A DNA stretch of 46,518 nt from Saprolegnia diclina VS20 (lineage: Eukaryota): contig NW_008246090.1 of the NCBI RefSeq assembly GCF_000281045.1, forward strand, positions 296,863 through 343,380, given 5' to 3'. Of this stretch, positions 21,067 through 33,148 are shown piece after piece. The notes under the pieces are model-generated. The model was given only the letters and a program-made list of their open reading frames with translations. It was not told the origin of the DNA and made no database searches. The translations under genes and the position numbers were made by a program. Positions within the stretch are counted from its first letter, which is position 1. Each line of letters opens with the position of its first letter.

Positions 21067-22485
21067 ATGGCATCGTCGCAACGAGAGAGCTCGAGCCTTG
21101 AGCTCCGCGTCGGCAAGAAGTTCCGCCTCGGCCGCAAGATTGGCAGCGGCTCGTTTGGCGACATCTACCTCGGCACCAACATGACGTCGGGCGAAGAAGT
21201 CGCGATCAAGCTCGAGTCGGTCAAGAGCAAGCACCCGCAGCTGCTCTACGAATCCAAGATCTACAAGATCCTCAACGGCGGGCGTACGCCACCTAGCTGA
21301 CGGCGACAGCTCCATGGCTCATGTGGTCTTTCTCCTTAGTTGGTATCCCCAACATTCGCTGGTTTGGCGTTGAAGGCGAGTACAACGTCATGGTCATCGA
21401 CCTCCTCGGGCCGTCGCTCGAAGACCTCTTCAACTATTGTGGCCGGCGCTTCCAGCTCAAGACCGTCCTCATGATTGCGGACCAGCTTCTCTGCCGCATC
21501 GAGTACTGCCACTCGAAGAACTTCATCCACCGCGATCTCAAGCCCGACAACTTTCTCATTGGGCTCGGAAAGCGCGCGCAGATCGTGCACATTATCGACT
21601 TTGGTCTTGCGAAAAAGTACCGCGACCCGAAGACGCACCAGCACATCCCGTACCGCGAGAACAAGAACCTCACGGGCACGGCTCGGTATGCGAGCATCAA
21701 CACGCACGTGGGCATCGAGCAGTCGCGCCGCGACGATCTCGAGTCGCTCGGCTACGTCTACATGTACTTTATCCGCGGCTCGCTGCCGTGGCAAGGCCTC
21801 CGTGCCAACACGAAGAAGCAAAAGTACGAGAAGATCATGGAGAAGAAGATGAACACGCCCGTGGACGTGCTCTGCCGCGGGTTCCCGACCGAGTTCCGCG
21901 CCTACTTTGAGTACTGCCGCGCGCTTCGCTTTGACGACAAGCCCGACTATGCGTACCTCAAGCGCCTCTTCAAGGAGCTCTTCTTCCGGAAGGGCTACCA
22001 ATTCGACGCCATGTTTGACTGGACCGTCCTCAACTTGGTACGTGGTCAATGTGAAACGAACATGCTTCTCATCGATGGTGTAGCAAAATGGGACGCCGAC
22101 CGCCGGGACGCCCGTCGCGTCGCCCGCGCTCTTGCCGCCCAACCACATGTCGGGCGGTGGCGCCGGCGTCTTTTCGAGCGGCACGGGCAACGAGATGCTG
22201 CCGCCGCAGCACCAGCGCACTGACTCGCGCAACACGGGCAGAATATACGACGAGAAGGACCCGAACGGCGAAGAGTACGTCTCGATGCCGCGCATGACGC
22301 CGACGTCGGGCACGCCACTGCGTCAAGATGCCATGGACATGCGCGGGCCAATGCATGGGATGCCGCGCATGCACTCGAGTATGTCGATGGAGGCCAAGCC
22401 GCACGCGGCGCCCGTCCGCATGAACTCGTCGCCGATGATGGACGCCAAGCCGCAGTCGCTCCTTCCGAACCGACAGCGCTACTAG
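21067..22485 (+). CDS. CK1: Casein kinase 1 (delta/epsilon-like), 3 exons
   Basis: [74 protein letters not shown] and LPWQGL. Confidence 0.98.
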
Positions 22486-22639
22486 GCCACCCTTTGTTCA
22501 CCCCACATATAAGATAAGAACAAGTCCCCTTCTCGTGCCACAGTATTGGACCAAGAGGGAACTCGATCGATCGATACGCTCCATGTTCTTACATGGCGTA
22601 TCTGCGCTCCTCATAATGGCAGTACGTAAACTAAGTGCG

Positions 22640-23870
22640 CTACGAAGCGACGCTGCCGCGCTTCCTGGATATACCATTCTCCGCGGTCGTGGCGAGGGAC
22701 GGCAGCGCTGCGTGGTGCGCGTCGAGGTGCTCAATGAGCTTGGCGTTCTTCATGAGGCGCGGCTGCTGCTGCAGTATGTACCGCCGCGCCACCGCCGACT
22801 TGGCGTTGTGCGGCGTGTGGGGCATTGGGGCAAACTGACGGGGCACGAGTACGCGATCGGTCGCCTCGACCGGCGTCGGCGCAAGGTTGTAGATGCGCAC
22901 ACCGTGGCTTTGGTAGTCGGCAAGGCGCGACGCGTGACGGTACACGGCCGTGCGCGGCAGCCGCTCCTCGTCTACGTCTTCTTAGACAAGCTACCTCACC
23001 ACCGCCATAGGTACCGTGCTGGACGTGAAGCGTCGCGGCGCGGCTGACATGATACTGCATGCGATCGATCTCTTCTTGGAGCAGGTTGAACTTGATGAGC
23101 TTTCGCTGGCGCGCAATGTTTTCGTCCGAGAGATGGTTGATCGCGATCTGGAAGACGTCCTATACGACACACATATTGTCTGATGACAAGCAGACTACAG
23201 GTTGCTCAGTACGTGCTTGGCACGCACGTCGGCGTACTTGTCGGTCAGCGTCGTGTCCTAGACAGAAGACGATCTATGGAGCGTGACGACGGCGCGCGCA
23301 CCAGCGTCTGCATCAACCGCTCGAGCTCTACACTCGCAGATAGTGACCCAACGCATTTGACACCGTTGTACTACCTTCGTACGACTTGGGGCCGGGCACG
23401 ACAACTTTCGGGCGCCTCGACTTGGTGAGAATCATCGACCGTACGCGCTGCCGCCGACGCCGTGGCGTGTCCACGTTGGAGAGGCGCTCGTACGCGGGTG
23501 TCTACGCCAGGTGCAACCATGATACAACAGTCGACAGGCCATGGGCGCCACCGCGGGCCGGCGCGCCGCTGCTTTGGCGTCGGGTCGACCGTCGTTCGTC
23601 TCGTCGTCGTCGTCGTCGCTGTCATTGTCGGTGGCATTTAGAAACATCTCCAAGTTGGAGAGCTTTTGGCGCATGCTCATCTACACGTATATACGCTTAC
23701 GGCTGCCGTCCTGTCTACATCGTCACCTTTTGCTCGGCGAGGTCCTTCTCGGCAGCGTCCAAGAGCAGGTGCGCGCCGTCGTTGGACGAGAGTACAAAGC
23801 GGGCTTTGAGCGGCCCGTCGCGCGGGCTCTGCGCCGATCGCGCTTCAGCAGGCGCTCGCCGATGCACCAT
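22640..23870 (-). CDS. Hypothetical multi-exon protein with an acidic tract and a coiled coil
   Basis: Exons joined by short GT-AG introns: MVHRRAPAEA...DLAEQK|MSMRQKLSNLEMFLNATDNDSDDDDDE...; NIARQRKLIKFNLLQEEIDRMQ. No family recognised. Confidence 0.55.
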
Positions 23871-23943
23871 GCAACTAACTAATTATAGCAAGCGCGACGA
23901 AGGACAGTCGAAATATACATATTTGAATAGAAAGGACAGGGCC

Positions 23944-24286
23944 TTAGACGACCGACATGTTGAGCATCTTGGTGTCGGCGACCTTGCGCCCGCACATGGC
24001 GCAGATACCTACGCAGCAAGCCGTACTTGAGAACCCACGGACAGTGGCGGCAGCAACCTTTCTTGTACGCGCAGTCTTGGCAGTAGTGGGCGTTCTGAGC
24101 GACCTTGGACTTGCAGATGCGGCAGGCGCGGCTCATGGGCGTGAAGCGGTGCTTCTTCCCGAGCGCCGCGTTCGTTGCGAGCTTGCGGCCACCGTCCTTG
24201 CCGCCCATCGTGTTGCGGGCGCCATCCTTCCACTTGTCGGGCACGATGAGCTTCGAGAGCTTCTCTTCGCACTTGCCGCAGACCAT
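23944..24286 (-). CDS. CRIPT: CRIPT cysteine-rich protein, 2 exons
   Basis: MVCGKCEEKLSKLIVPDKWKDGARNT...CRICKSKV...HYCQDCAYKKG|ICAMCGRKVADTKMLNMSVV. Confidence 0.95.
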
Positions 24287-24421
24287 GGCGCTTCGACTCT
24301 GCGGGCCATTGGTCGAAATACGCGGATTTATGAACCAATCACCGACGATCTTCGACGCACGCCGATTGGCTCCAATGTAGCCAATGGCAAACCGGCTACA
24401 GGTTTTGCCGCAAATTCCATC
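24287..24421. promoter_or_regulatory. 135 bp bidirectional promoter (CRIPT / strawberry notch) with five CCAAT boxes
   Basis: ATTGG at 24308 and 24365, and CCAAT at 24335, 24372 and 24381, between head-to-head ATGs. Confidence 0.6.
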
Positions 24422-27400
24422 ATGGAGCTGGCCGAGCTCGCGGTTCCCGCCGACACGGCCACGCCGCCCGCCGTCGATGCGACACCGGACGACGCCGCCA
24501 GCCAAGACAACGCGACGCATGCAGAAGACATTGTCTTCTCCGCCTACGCGTGCAAGGTATGCGGTGGCTTGCATCGCGCTCGCCTCAACGCTGTCTAGTC
24601 GCTGGACTTTGGCCAGCCGCACCCGGGCAACATCTCCGAGTCGGGTACGCCTCGCTGCCCATATGCCACACCTCTTACGTGCTCTAACTGCAATGGCGTA
24701 GCCCTCTTGGCCACGGCACCGCTGCCGCCATGTGAGTACAACCGGGATGCGTTTCCCGACGACCTCGTCGACCAAGGCAAACTCACGAGGTCGACGACCT
24801 TCGCCGCCGTACACGGACTCACAATCTTGCATTTCGTAGTCTGCAGCTCGAGGGAATCTTATATGCGTGCATGCAGCACCAAAAGATCCTACCAACGGGC
24901 GAACGCTGCGGCTTCTTCCTCGGCGTATGTTGCAACCTCGTCGTCGTTTGCGTCTCAAGTATCTGGTAGGATGGGACCGGCGTTGGCAAAGGGCGGCAAC
25001 TCGCCGGTATCATTTTCGACAACCTCTGCCGCGGGCGCAAGAAGCATCTCTGGTTCAGCGTCTCGAACGACCTCCGGGCCGACGCCGAGCGCGACCTCCG
25101 CGACATTGGCTGCCACGTCGCCGTCATCGACGGCTGCCAGCAACGTACACCTTCTCTTGACACCTGCTTGTAGTCTAATTGGCGTGTGATTAGTCGACAA
25201 GGCCAGCTTGAAAGGCTTTGGGCAGAGTAGTAACAGCAAGCAAGGCGTGCTCTACAGCACGTACTCGACGCTCACGTCCAACTTGGCGCACCCAACAAAG
25301 TCGCGCCTCGCGCAGATCGTCGGGTGGTGCGGCGACAACTTTGAGGGCTGCATCCTCTTTGACGAGTGCCACAAGGCCAAGCACGGCGACTTGAGCATGA
25401 AGGACGCGACAGCCTCCAAGGTCGCGACGGCGGTCGCCAAAATTCAAGAGCTTTTGCCCCGCGCACGCGTCGTCTACTGCAGTGCGACCGGTGTCGGCGG
25501 CATCGAGCACATGGCGTACATGGGTCGGCTTGGTGCGCTCCTAGCATTTTCGAGCAATTTCGAAGGCGACGCGTAGGGTTATGGGGACCGCGGACGGCGT
25601 TTGCGGGCTTTAGCGATTTCTTGTATACGATTCAAAACAAGGGCATGGGGGCAATGGAGATGCTCGCGATCGAGATGAAGCTCCAAGGTCCACCTGGTCC
25701 ACGTCGAGCCGGTTCAAAAGATGGGCGTAGGCAAGTACCTCTCGCGCGGGTTGAGCTACGAAGGCGCCGAGTTTCGCATCGAGACGGTCGTCTTGGACGA
25801 CGCCCAGGAAGCCATGTACGACCGCTCGGTGCAGCTCTGGACGATGCTCATGGGCTGCTTCCACCGCGCGTGCGCCATTACGCGCACGAGTGGCGACGTC
25901 ATGAAGACGTTTTGGGGCTGTCACCAGCGCTTCTTCCGACAGCTCTGCATGGCTCTCAAGGTACCTCGCTCATGCAACCTCAGCAGGCAATCGATGGTGA
26001 TTTGGTAGGTGCCATTCATCGTCAAGTGCGTGCAAGAGAGTCTCGCCCTCGGCCAGTGCGCAGTCATTGGCCTCCAGACGACAGGCGAGGCCAGCATGGA
26101 GCGATCGGTCGCGGCCAACCTCGGCACCGACAAGACGCTGTCGCACACCCTCGTCTCGCTCCTCGAGCGCATCCTCATCGACTTTATCGAGCTCCATTTT
26201 CCGACCAAAGTGCAGTTGGCGGCGTCGAGCATGAGTGCGTCGTACGACATTAGCATGATCGACGCGGCGCTTGCCGGTGACGCTGATAGCAAGATGGAGC
26301 GGCTGCCCGACGGGTCGCTCCAAAGTGTTCTCTGTGTCGAGATGCGGGCGATGCTGCTTCGCCAAGTGCTCGACCTGCAGTTGCCTCCGAATCCGCTCGA
26401 TCACCTCATTGATGCCCTCGGTGGTGTCGCGGCGGTGGCCGAGCTCACGGGCCGCCGCCTCCATGTCGTGCGCAACGCCCGCGGCAACTTTGAGACCAAA
26501 CCGCGCGGCGTTCACCTGGACAAGGTCAACATGGCCGAGCGGCAAGCGTTCATGGACGGTACCAAGCTCGTCGCGATCATCTCGGACGCTGCCAGCACCG
26601 GCATCTCGCTGCACGCCGATCGCCGCTGCCGGAACCAGCGCCGGCGCATTCACATCACCCTCGAGTTGCCATGGAGCGCGGTATCTGCCCTCCTTTCAAT
26701 CTTTCAAAGTATCAAGACATATGCAAACTAGGACAAGGCGATCCAGCAGCTCGGCCGCACGCACCGCTCCAATCAGTCGTGTGCGCCGTCGTATGCACTC
26801 GTGACGACCAACTGCGGCGGCGAAAACCGGTGCGCTGTCCAAATGGTATAGTTGAAGAAGTGTAGACATGTGGTCTTAGGTTTGTCGCCAGTGTCGCCAA
26901 GAAAATGCTGACCATGGGGGCGCTCACCAAAGGCGACCGGCGCGCGGGCAGCGGCCAGGACTTTTCGGGCTACCATTTCGAGACCAAGTATGGGTTTCAA
27001 GCGCTGCGGGAGCTTCTCAAGGTCGCGGGGACGCCGACGCTGGTCGAAGGCGTCGACGGCGCCGCGTTACTGGCGCAGACGCCGTTCGTGTCGTCGCTAG
27101 GGCAGCTCCAGCTGGTCTTTGCCAACTGCCTCAAGCAAATTGGCCTACTGCCGCCGCCGACGACATGCGCGGTCAAGCTCTTCCTCAATCGTCTCCTCGG
27201 ACTGTCACCAATGCACCAGAACGCGCTTTTTTTGTACTTTGAAAAATGCCTCCAGGCTGTGATCGCCAAGGCGACGCAGGAAGGCAAGTACGATGAGGGC
27301 TACGACGACATCAAGGGCCGGAAGGGCCAGCTCCAACGCCAGTCGCTTCTGAGTCCGACGGTCCAGCACTCGCACGTCGAGGTCGACCGCGGCATCTCGT

Positions 27401-28333
27401 ACGAAGAAGCGACCACCTTGCTTGCGTCGTCGGTCGCCGCCGGCTACAGTGCGAGCTTTTACATCAGCGACACCAAGTTTTACGGCGAGTACCTCTTCAT
27501 GCTCATGCTCGTGAGCGCGAACAAGACGTCGTGCTGCGTCGTGCGGCCCAACACGGGCTACCTGTACTTTGACCGGTCCAAGCTCGACGATATGCGGTAA
27601 ACGATGACAACTTGTCTTCGAAACGACATATATCTGCGACATTAGAGACAAGTACGCCGCAATTACGCCGGCCGCGGCCGAGAAGGGCTGGCGACGCATC
27701 TTTGATGAGAGCAGCGTGCGCTGCGTGCACTGGAACGGGTGCAAGGCCGGCTTGACGTGCCGCGTCGGCATGCGCATGATGCAGTACCACGTGCTCACGG
27801 GCTCGGTGCTTCCGATCTGGAAGCTGCTCGAAGCCGTGCTCTTGTCGTCGCCGGACGTGTCGCCGTCGTCGCAACTCCGCATTGTGCGTATTGCGCTGAC
27901 CAACCACCCGACGCAGTCCAAGCTGGTGGGCTTGAGCTTCCCCGTCGAGCTCATTGGACAGCTCCACGTCGAGCTCACGAAACTCGCGTCAGGCCACTCG
28001 CTCCTCGCTGTCGAAGCCCCGAGTCCCGTCGACTGCAAGGCGCGGGACCGCCTCATGCAACCTGAGCGCACGCTCCTGAGTTACTTTGGTGCGGGCGCCG
28101 AGCCGACGCCCAAGCGGCACAAGCCCGACTCGGCGACCAAGCTAAGCAATACCGCGACGGTGGTGGTCCAGCCCCGCAAGACGAGTGCGACGCCCAACGC
28201 TGCATCGACGGCTGCGTTCTTTGCGCCCAAGTCGACGACACGTTTGACCACACGGATGGCTGCGCTCCCGACGGCGAGTGTACCGGCTGTCGAGTGCATT
28301 GATTTGGTCAGCGACGACGACGACTGCATTTAA
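24422..28333 (+). CDS. SBNO: Strawberry notch (SBNO) family SF2-like NTPase, 11 exons
   Basis: [18 protein letters not shown] (Walker A), [103 protein letters not shown] and FLNRLLGL. Confidence 0.96.
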
Positions 28334-29563
28334 GCCACAAATGAAATGCATGGTCGGAGCTTCACGATCGCGAAATGCCCACGTGGGCGTTGGCCGACTA
28401 GCGTCGCATAGTCTTTAGCCAAACCGGTCCATCGACTCACCTTGCTCAGCTCGGTTGTCACTTCTGAAGCATTAATTTTGACCAGTCGTTGACCCGCTGG
28501 GCCCAATGCAGCAGACACTAGCGTGAGCTCCACCCCGTTCTGGCCACGGGATGCCAGTCTCAACGACCGCCAGAATCTCATTGCACGAAGGACGTCGAGC
28601 AAAGACGTCGCCCGTCAGCGATTCAATCGTCCAGCTCGATGGCAAACATACTCTTGTTCATGACCTCGACGAGCGCAAGGCCCTCAGCTCCTTTGACACG
28701 CTGCGGATCGCACCTTGCGAGGCCGTTGGTTCTTGTCGTCGGCTGGCAGTGCGACCAGCAGTTGCGAGCTGCTGCTAGAATAGGTCGTCCTGCCAGCACA
28801 GGACTGAAGGCACTAAAAAATTGTCGTGTTGCACATTATTTCACATCACATCCAAGAACTAGCCAAATCAAGCAGCAAGCTACTTCAACATTAACATTGA
28901 AGATCATGGTTATTGTTAAAGTTAACAGGTCCCTTCCGGGGTGAGCTGGTAGGAACTTTTGTATTGAATGCGAAGCGTTGATTTAACGGTATTGCGACGA
29001 CGGCGCGTTGGCCGAGACAAAAGTCAACGCTCGACCTTCGCTGCGCTGCGGTGCGCAGACTTTTCCGGGCCAACGCGCCGTCGTCGCTTGCTGCGGTCTT
29101 CGCGCGCTTCTGCAATCCAAATGCAGCCGCATTGCGATTAGGTGCGGAAATACCTTATGTACGACATGTGCTCTTAGAAGTGCGTCGTACTTAATGTGTA
29201 CAAAATCAAGTATAATGTCCCACATGTGACAGCACTTAACGGGAACTACCAAATCGCACTTCACTAGACAGGTTTCGCGCGATGCGATTGGCTTAGACCA
29301 ATGCAACTGCGTTGCATTGGCCAAAATGTTGTAAATTATAGCCAATGGGTTGGCGAGAAAATACGAATTAATCCCCTGGGATGCTGGTACACCACGTAAA
29401 CGTTCCTACCAGGAAAAGCTTGCTAGGCTCATAGCATAACAAAAGTAATTCAGTTTTACATTTGCCTCCAACTCACCACCAACGATGGCCTGCGTGGCAT
29501 TTTGATCGATCAAAGTTAAAGCAAGGGCCAACGGGCAACAAAAAGCTCGTCAACAACAACAAC

Positions 29564-30178
29564 ATGACAAAGCCCAAGGTGAACAAGGCGACCAAAGTGA
29601 CATTCACAACAAGGGTCAACAATGAGAAAACGGTGCGCGAGATGACGGTGTTTACGGGCAAGGGCTAGGAAGCGTGGCTCTCCTTCTGTCTCGAGATCTT
29701 CAACTTCTGCCAATGGCATGATTACAACTTCGAGATCGAGCACCACATGCGCGCCCTCCACAACGACCTCAAGATGCTCTTCCAAAATGACGACTTGTTG
29801 CGCTACAAGACCGCGACGGACGATGACCCGGACGCGGCAACCACGCCGTACACGGTACAGGTCATGAACGGCTTCAACGTGCTCACGAACCACTACTGTC
29901 CGTTTGGCACGCGAGCGCTGCTCCTCGACAAGGTCCATAGCCTCCGGAAGTCGTCTGGACAAGACGTCTGGACGTTTGCCACCGAGTTCAAACGGTGGTA
30001 CCGGATGCTCAACTTTCTGCCGATGGAACAGCAGGAGCCCGAGCCGGTGGCCACCAAGATCAGCACGTTCAACCGAGCGATGCCCGTCGAGTACCAACGA
30101 CGTTTGCGCGAGCGTCATGGGGTGACGCAGTTTATACTCTCGAAGCGACATCGAGGCGTACGCCGTCATCGAGGCTGA
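29564..30178 (+). pseudogene. Gag/capsid-like retroelement relic with an in-frame stop
   Basis: MTKPK...FTGKG*EAWLSF...LRKSSGQDVWTFATEFKRW...FNRAMPVEYQRRL is one frame broken by TAG at 29666-29668. The pattern resembles Ty3/Gypsy Gag. No pol is present. Confidence 0.5.
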
Positions 30179-30361
30179 CGACAAGTTCCTGCGTGGCAAA
30201 GATCTTGCTTCGCGTAGGACAGGAATATGATTGGCCAGTTTTAGATTGATTTCAACCAATGGCATGCCGTGTATCTCGAGCCATGGCGCCACGGTCGATG
30301 CCAGCCCCACTCGGTCGGCCATATTGCATTCAGAAATGAAATCGCCACCGCTTGGCCCAGT

Positions 30362-30742
30362 GATTATACATCCTTTGGAGGGCACAATATGCTAATTGCC
30401 GTCGTCATGCGAGAAGTACAGCGCGAGCAATTGACTGTTTTGTTAATAATGGCATATGCCATATTAGGCGAGTATACGTGGCTATATGTGGCATCACGTA
30501 CGCTTGAGTTGCTGCAGCCAACCGCGCAACACCAATGCTGGATATTGGACTCGATTGCAAGGTGTGAATTGAATATGGGCATCGTCAACGTATCGTCAAG
30601 CGAGAGCAAAGCGCTCTCTAAGCCTTTGCTGGCCCGAGAAACGGCCACGTCATGCGTTTGCACTTGAATGATTTGACAACCTCCCGGACCCACTAGGGGC
30701 GACACCGAGCCTTTATATCGTCAAGATGTACAACACTGTTGT
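30362..30742 (+). repeat. Copy 1 (left flank) of a ~470 bp segment duplicated at 33630-34096
   Basis: 30362-30742 aligns with 33630-34010, and 33444-33529 with 34011-34096. I count about 9 substitutions in total. Confidence 0.95.
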
Positions 30743-31390
30743 GGGTTTTTGACAAATTGTGCCCAATTTCAGGGCCGGTTTAAAATGTGCCCACTTTTGC
30801 AAGATGTGCCCAAAACAAAACAGCTGTTGACATTATGTGCCCAAAAGGGCAAAGGCGCACCTAATCTCGAGCACTTTCCAACGAAGTCAACTAAAATGAC
30901 AAACATGCATGCACCTTAGTCACTTTTCGATTGCGAATGAGGTTGTCACGAGCAGTGATGCCGACGCCGGGGACGATATCATCTTCTTCGCCGTCAGGTC
31001 GGACGCGCCCACCAATGCGGTTCCGGTGGTGTGCCTCTGAGTTTTGACGAGTTGTTCCGAGTGTTCGCCGGCAACGATGCACCGTATCATGAAGAGCTAC
31101 TGCTACCGAATCCGACATGCCAGGCAAGAACAAGAAACAAAAGAAGGCTCACAGTGAAGGTAATGATATTCAATGCGTACAGCCGTCCAACACGCTACGA
31201 CAGACCTCACTGCTAGCTCCAGTCGCTTCTCAAGGTTGCTGTCTAGTTTCCATCTTTGTCATCTTACTGGTGGCTAGGCGGCAAAAATCCCGGAGCTTGA
31301 AGGGCGCCTGCACATGATCTACCGCAGCAAGCATCGCGTTTTGGACAAGTCGACAGATGCGGTATGAATCGTTTCATCGTACCCCTTAGT

Positions 31391-31671
31391 GAAAAAAGAT
31401 TAAAAATGAGCGGAGCCCGGTAGAAAAATGAGCGAGGCTGGAAACGGCAGAAAAATGAGCGGACGCGATGTGTATAAAGGGTTAAATCGGCTGCGGGTTT
31501 GCACGAAGTGCAAATCCGTTGTCCAATTTAACCCGAGCCGGCACTCTTGGCCCGCCAAAGGCTCTGCCAGGGAAAGGGGAAGGGTAATTGTGGGCAATTT
31601 CGCTCATTTTTCTGCCGTTTCCAGCCTCGCTCATTTTTCTGCCGGGCTCCGCTCATTTTTAATCCGCACCC
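31391..31671. mobile_element. ~280 bp MITE nested in the MULE
   Basis: 64 bp inverted repeats at 31398-31461 and 31601-31664 (one mismatch), each with three AAAAATGAGCG units. Flanking direct repeat ACCCCTTAGT(G) at 31381 and 31672. Confidence 0.85.
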
Positions 31672-31714
31672 ACCCCTTAGTGCTATTCCAGGATAGGGTA
31701 GACAATCGGACGGC

Positions 31715-33148
31715 TACATCCCAGCGCTTTTAAAAGCGTTCAACGCGGCGAACCCCGGCTGCCTCGTCGACCTTGAGCTTGATAAGGACGATTCGCGTTC
31801 TCGATGCTCGACCTGCAGCAACGCCATGGCATCCCTATGCGGGGGACCGACGGGACCTTTTTCCGCACCCGGCACTACTAGTACAGAGGTACGCAAAAGA
31901 GCAAACACATGTAGAAGGTCACGGTGTCGTCGTAGGCGTCATTCTGACGCTGGTTGCCAAGGACGCCAACAACCAGAACATCGTACTGGCATGGGCAATT
32001 GTGCCGAGCGAGAACAAGGCCAACTACTACTGGTTCCTCCGTCGATGCCTTGCGGCTGGACTCGACCTCCAAATCCCAAGCATTTTCACGGACCGGGGCA
32101 AGTGCCTCAACGCCGTCGAAGTCTTGCGAAGCGAAGACGTCTACGTCGCACTCAAGTTCTGTTGCATCCACCTCACTCGCAACCTCCAGAGCAAGTTTGC
32201 CCAGTTCAGCGGGAAAGAGTTCGAGGCCTGCGTCTGGATGCTCCAAGCATCCGAGACGCTGGACAAGTACAAGCAAGTTTGGTGGCAATCGAGACGAAGT
32301 ACGACGCCGAGGTAACTGTAGTCTTGTGCTTGAACTAACAATGCGCTATCTAGGTGGCAGCGTATCTTGGCGCCATCGTACCCGTCAACTGAGTATTGTT
32401 TGCCAACAACCCAGGTGGCGAAAATCCCGACAATCCCGACGTACGTCCTCTTTACGTAGAGCCGCAAATGCGGTCGCGAGCACTAAGTACAAGGACGAGC
32501 TCGACGCCTCGACATTCTTCGAATGCAAGAAAAACAGTAAGACATGCAATCGCTTGATTCGAACTTGGCGAATACGATTGGATTGTAGATGATGGCGTAA
32601 CGTGCTACGTCAGCCATCCGGACAATCGCGATAGCTATCGCACAGTGCGCCTTGACAAGCTGCAGTGCTCCTGCTCCTACCGTCTCCAAACGGAGCTGCC
32701 GTGACGCCACTTGCTGGCGGTCCTCCGCGTGGCAGAGCGACTCGATCGCGTGCCCAGGACGTTTGGCGTGCGCTACACGGTGGCAGCCTATACCGAGGCC
32801 CATGCTTCCACTGTTGTCAAACTTCCTCCGAGCGAGAGCTTGGAGCTTGACCACGCTATCAAAGAGCCCGTGCATTAACCAAAAGCGGGGCGCATGCAAA
32901 CGGCTCGCATAGCCAGCAACGGCGAACGGGGCGCCGCTAAAGTCTACCGCTGCCGCAAATGCAAACTCGTGGGCCACAAAGGCGGCAATTGTACGCACCG
33001 TAGCATCGAGCTCGCTCCTGCCATCCCGACCGAGCGCAGCCACATTGGGACAGTGCTTCCCGTCGAAGGCCCGCCGCTGCAATTGCTCCTTGATGACGAC
33101 GAGTTCTCGAGCGACAGCGATGACTACATCGACAGTGACCGAGACTAG
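31715..33148 (+). pseudogene. Decayed MULE transposase (DDE + SWIM + CCHC zinc knuckle)
   Basis: TDGTFF, AKDANNQNIVLAWAIVPSENKANYYWFL, IFTDRGK, FCCIHLTRNL, SWIM CSCSYRLQTELP*RH and knuckle CRKCKLVGHKGGNC. Several in-frame stops, e.g. TGA at 32702-32704. Confidence 0.9.

Noticed and set aside
1221..22313. Long antisense or alternate-frame ORFs (e.g. 1221-2867 +, 14322-15362 +, 19103-20194 +, 21336-22313 -)
   Set aside because: These are shadows of real genes caused by high GC3 codon bias; the translations are Arg/Val/Leu-rich with no motifs.
29420..29436. Possible tRNA-Met half-primer binding site (minus strand GCTATGAGCCTAGC)
   Set aside because: Imperfect match, opposite orientation to the Gag-like ORF, and no adjacent LTR end.
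31110..31216. KRRLTVKVMIFNAYSRP resembling mariner KVMFLAAVARP (captured fragment?)
   Set aside because: The match is short with no flanking DDD motifs. Another frame (MPGKNKKQKK followed by a gtaatg...gacag intron) is a better candidate for the MULE transposase 5' exon.
31398..31664. Spaced AAAAATGAGCG repeats as a CRISPR-like array
   Set aside because: Units are 11 bp, arranged as inverted arms with mirrored spacers, in a eukaryotic context with no cas genes. They are TIR subrepeats.
32702..32704. TGA at a SWIM cysteine as selenocysteine recoding
   Set aside because: The same gene has other TAA/TAG stops, so ordinary decay explains it.
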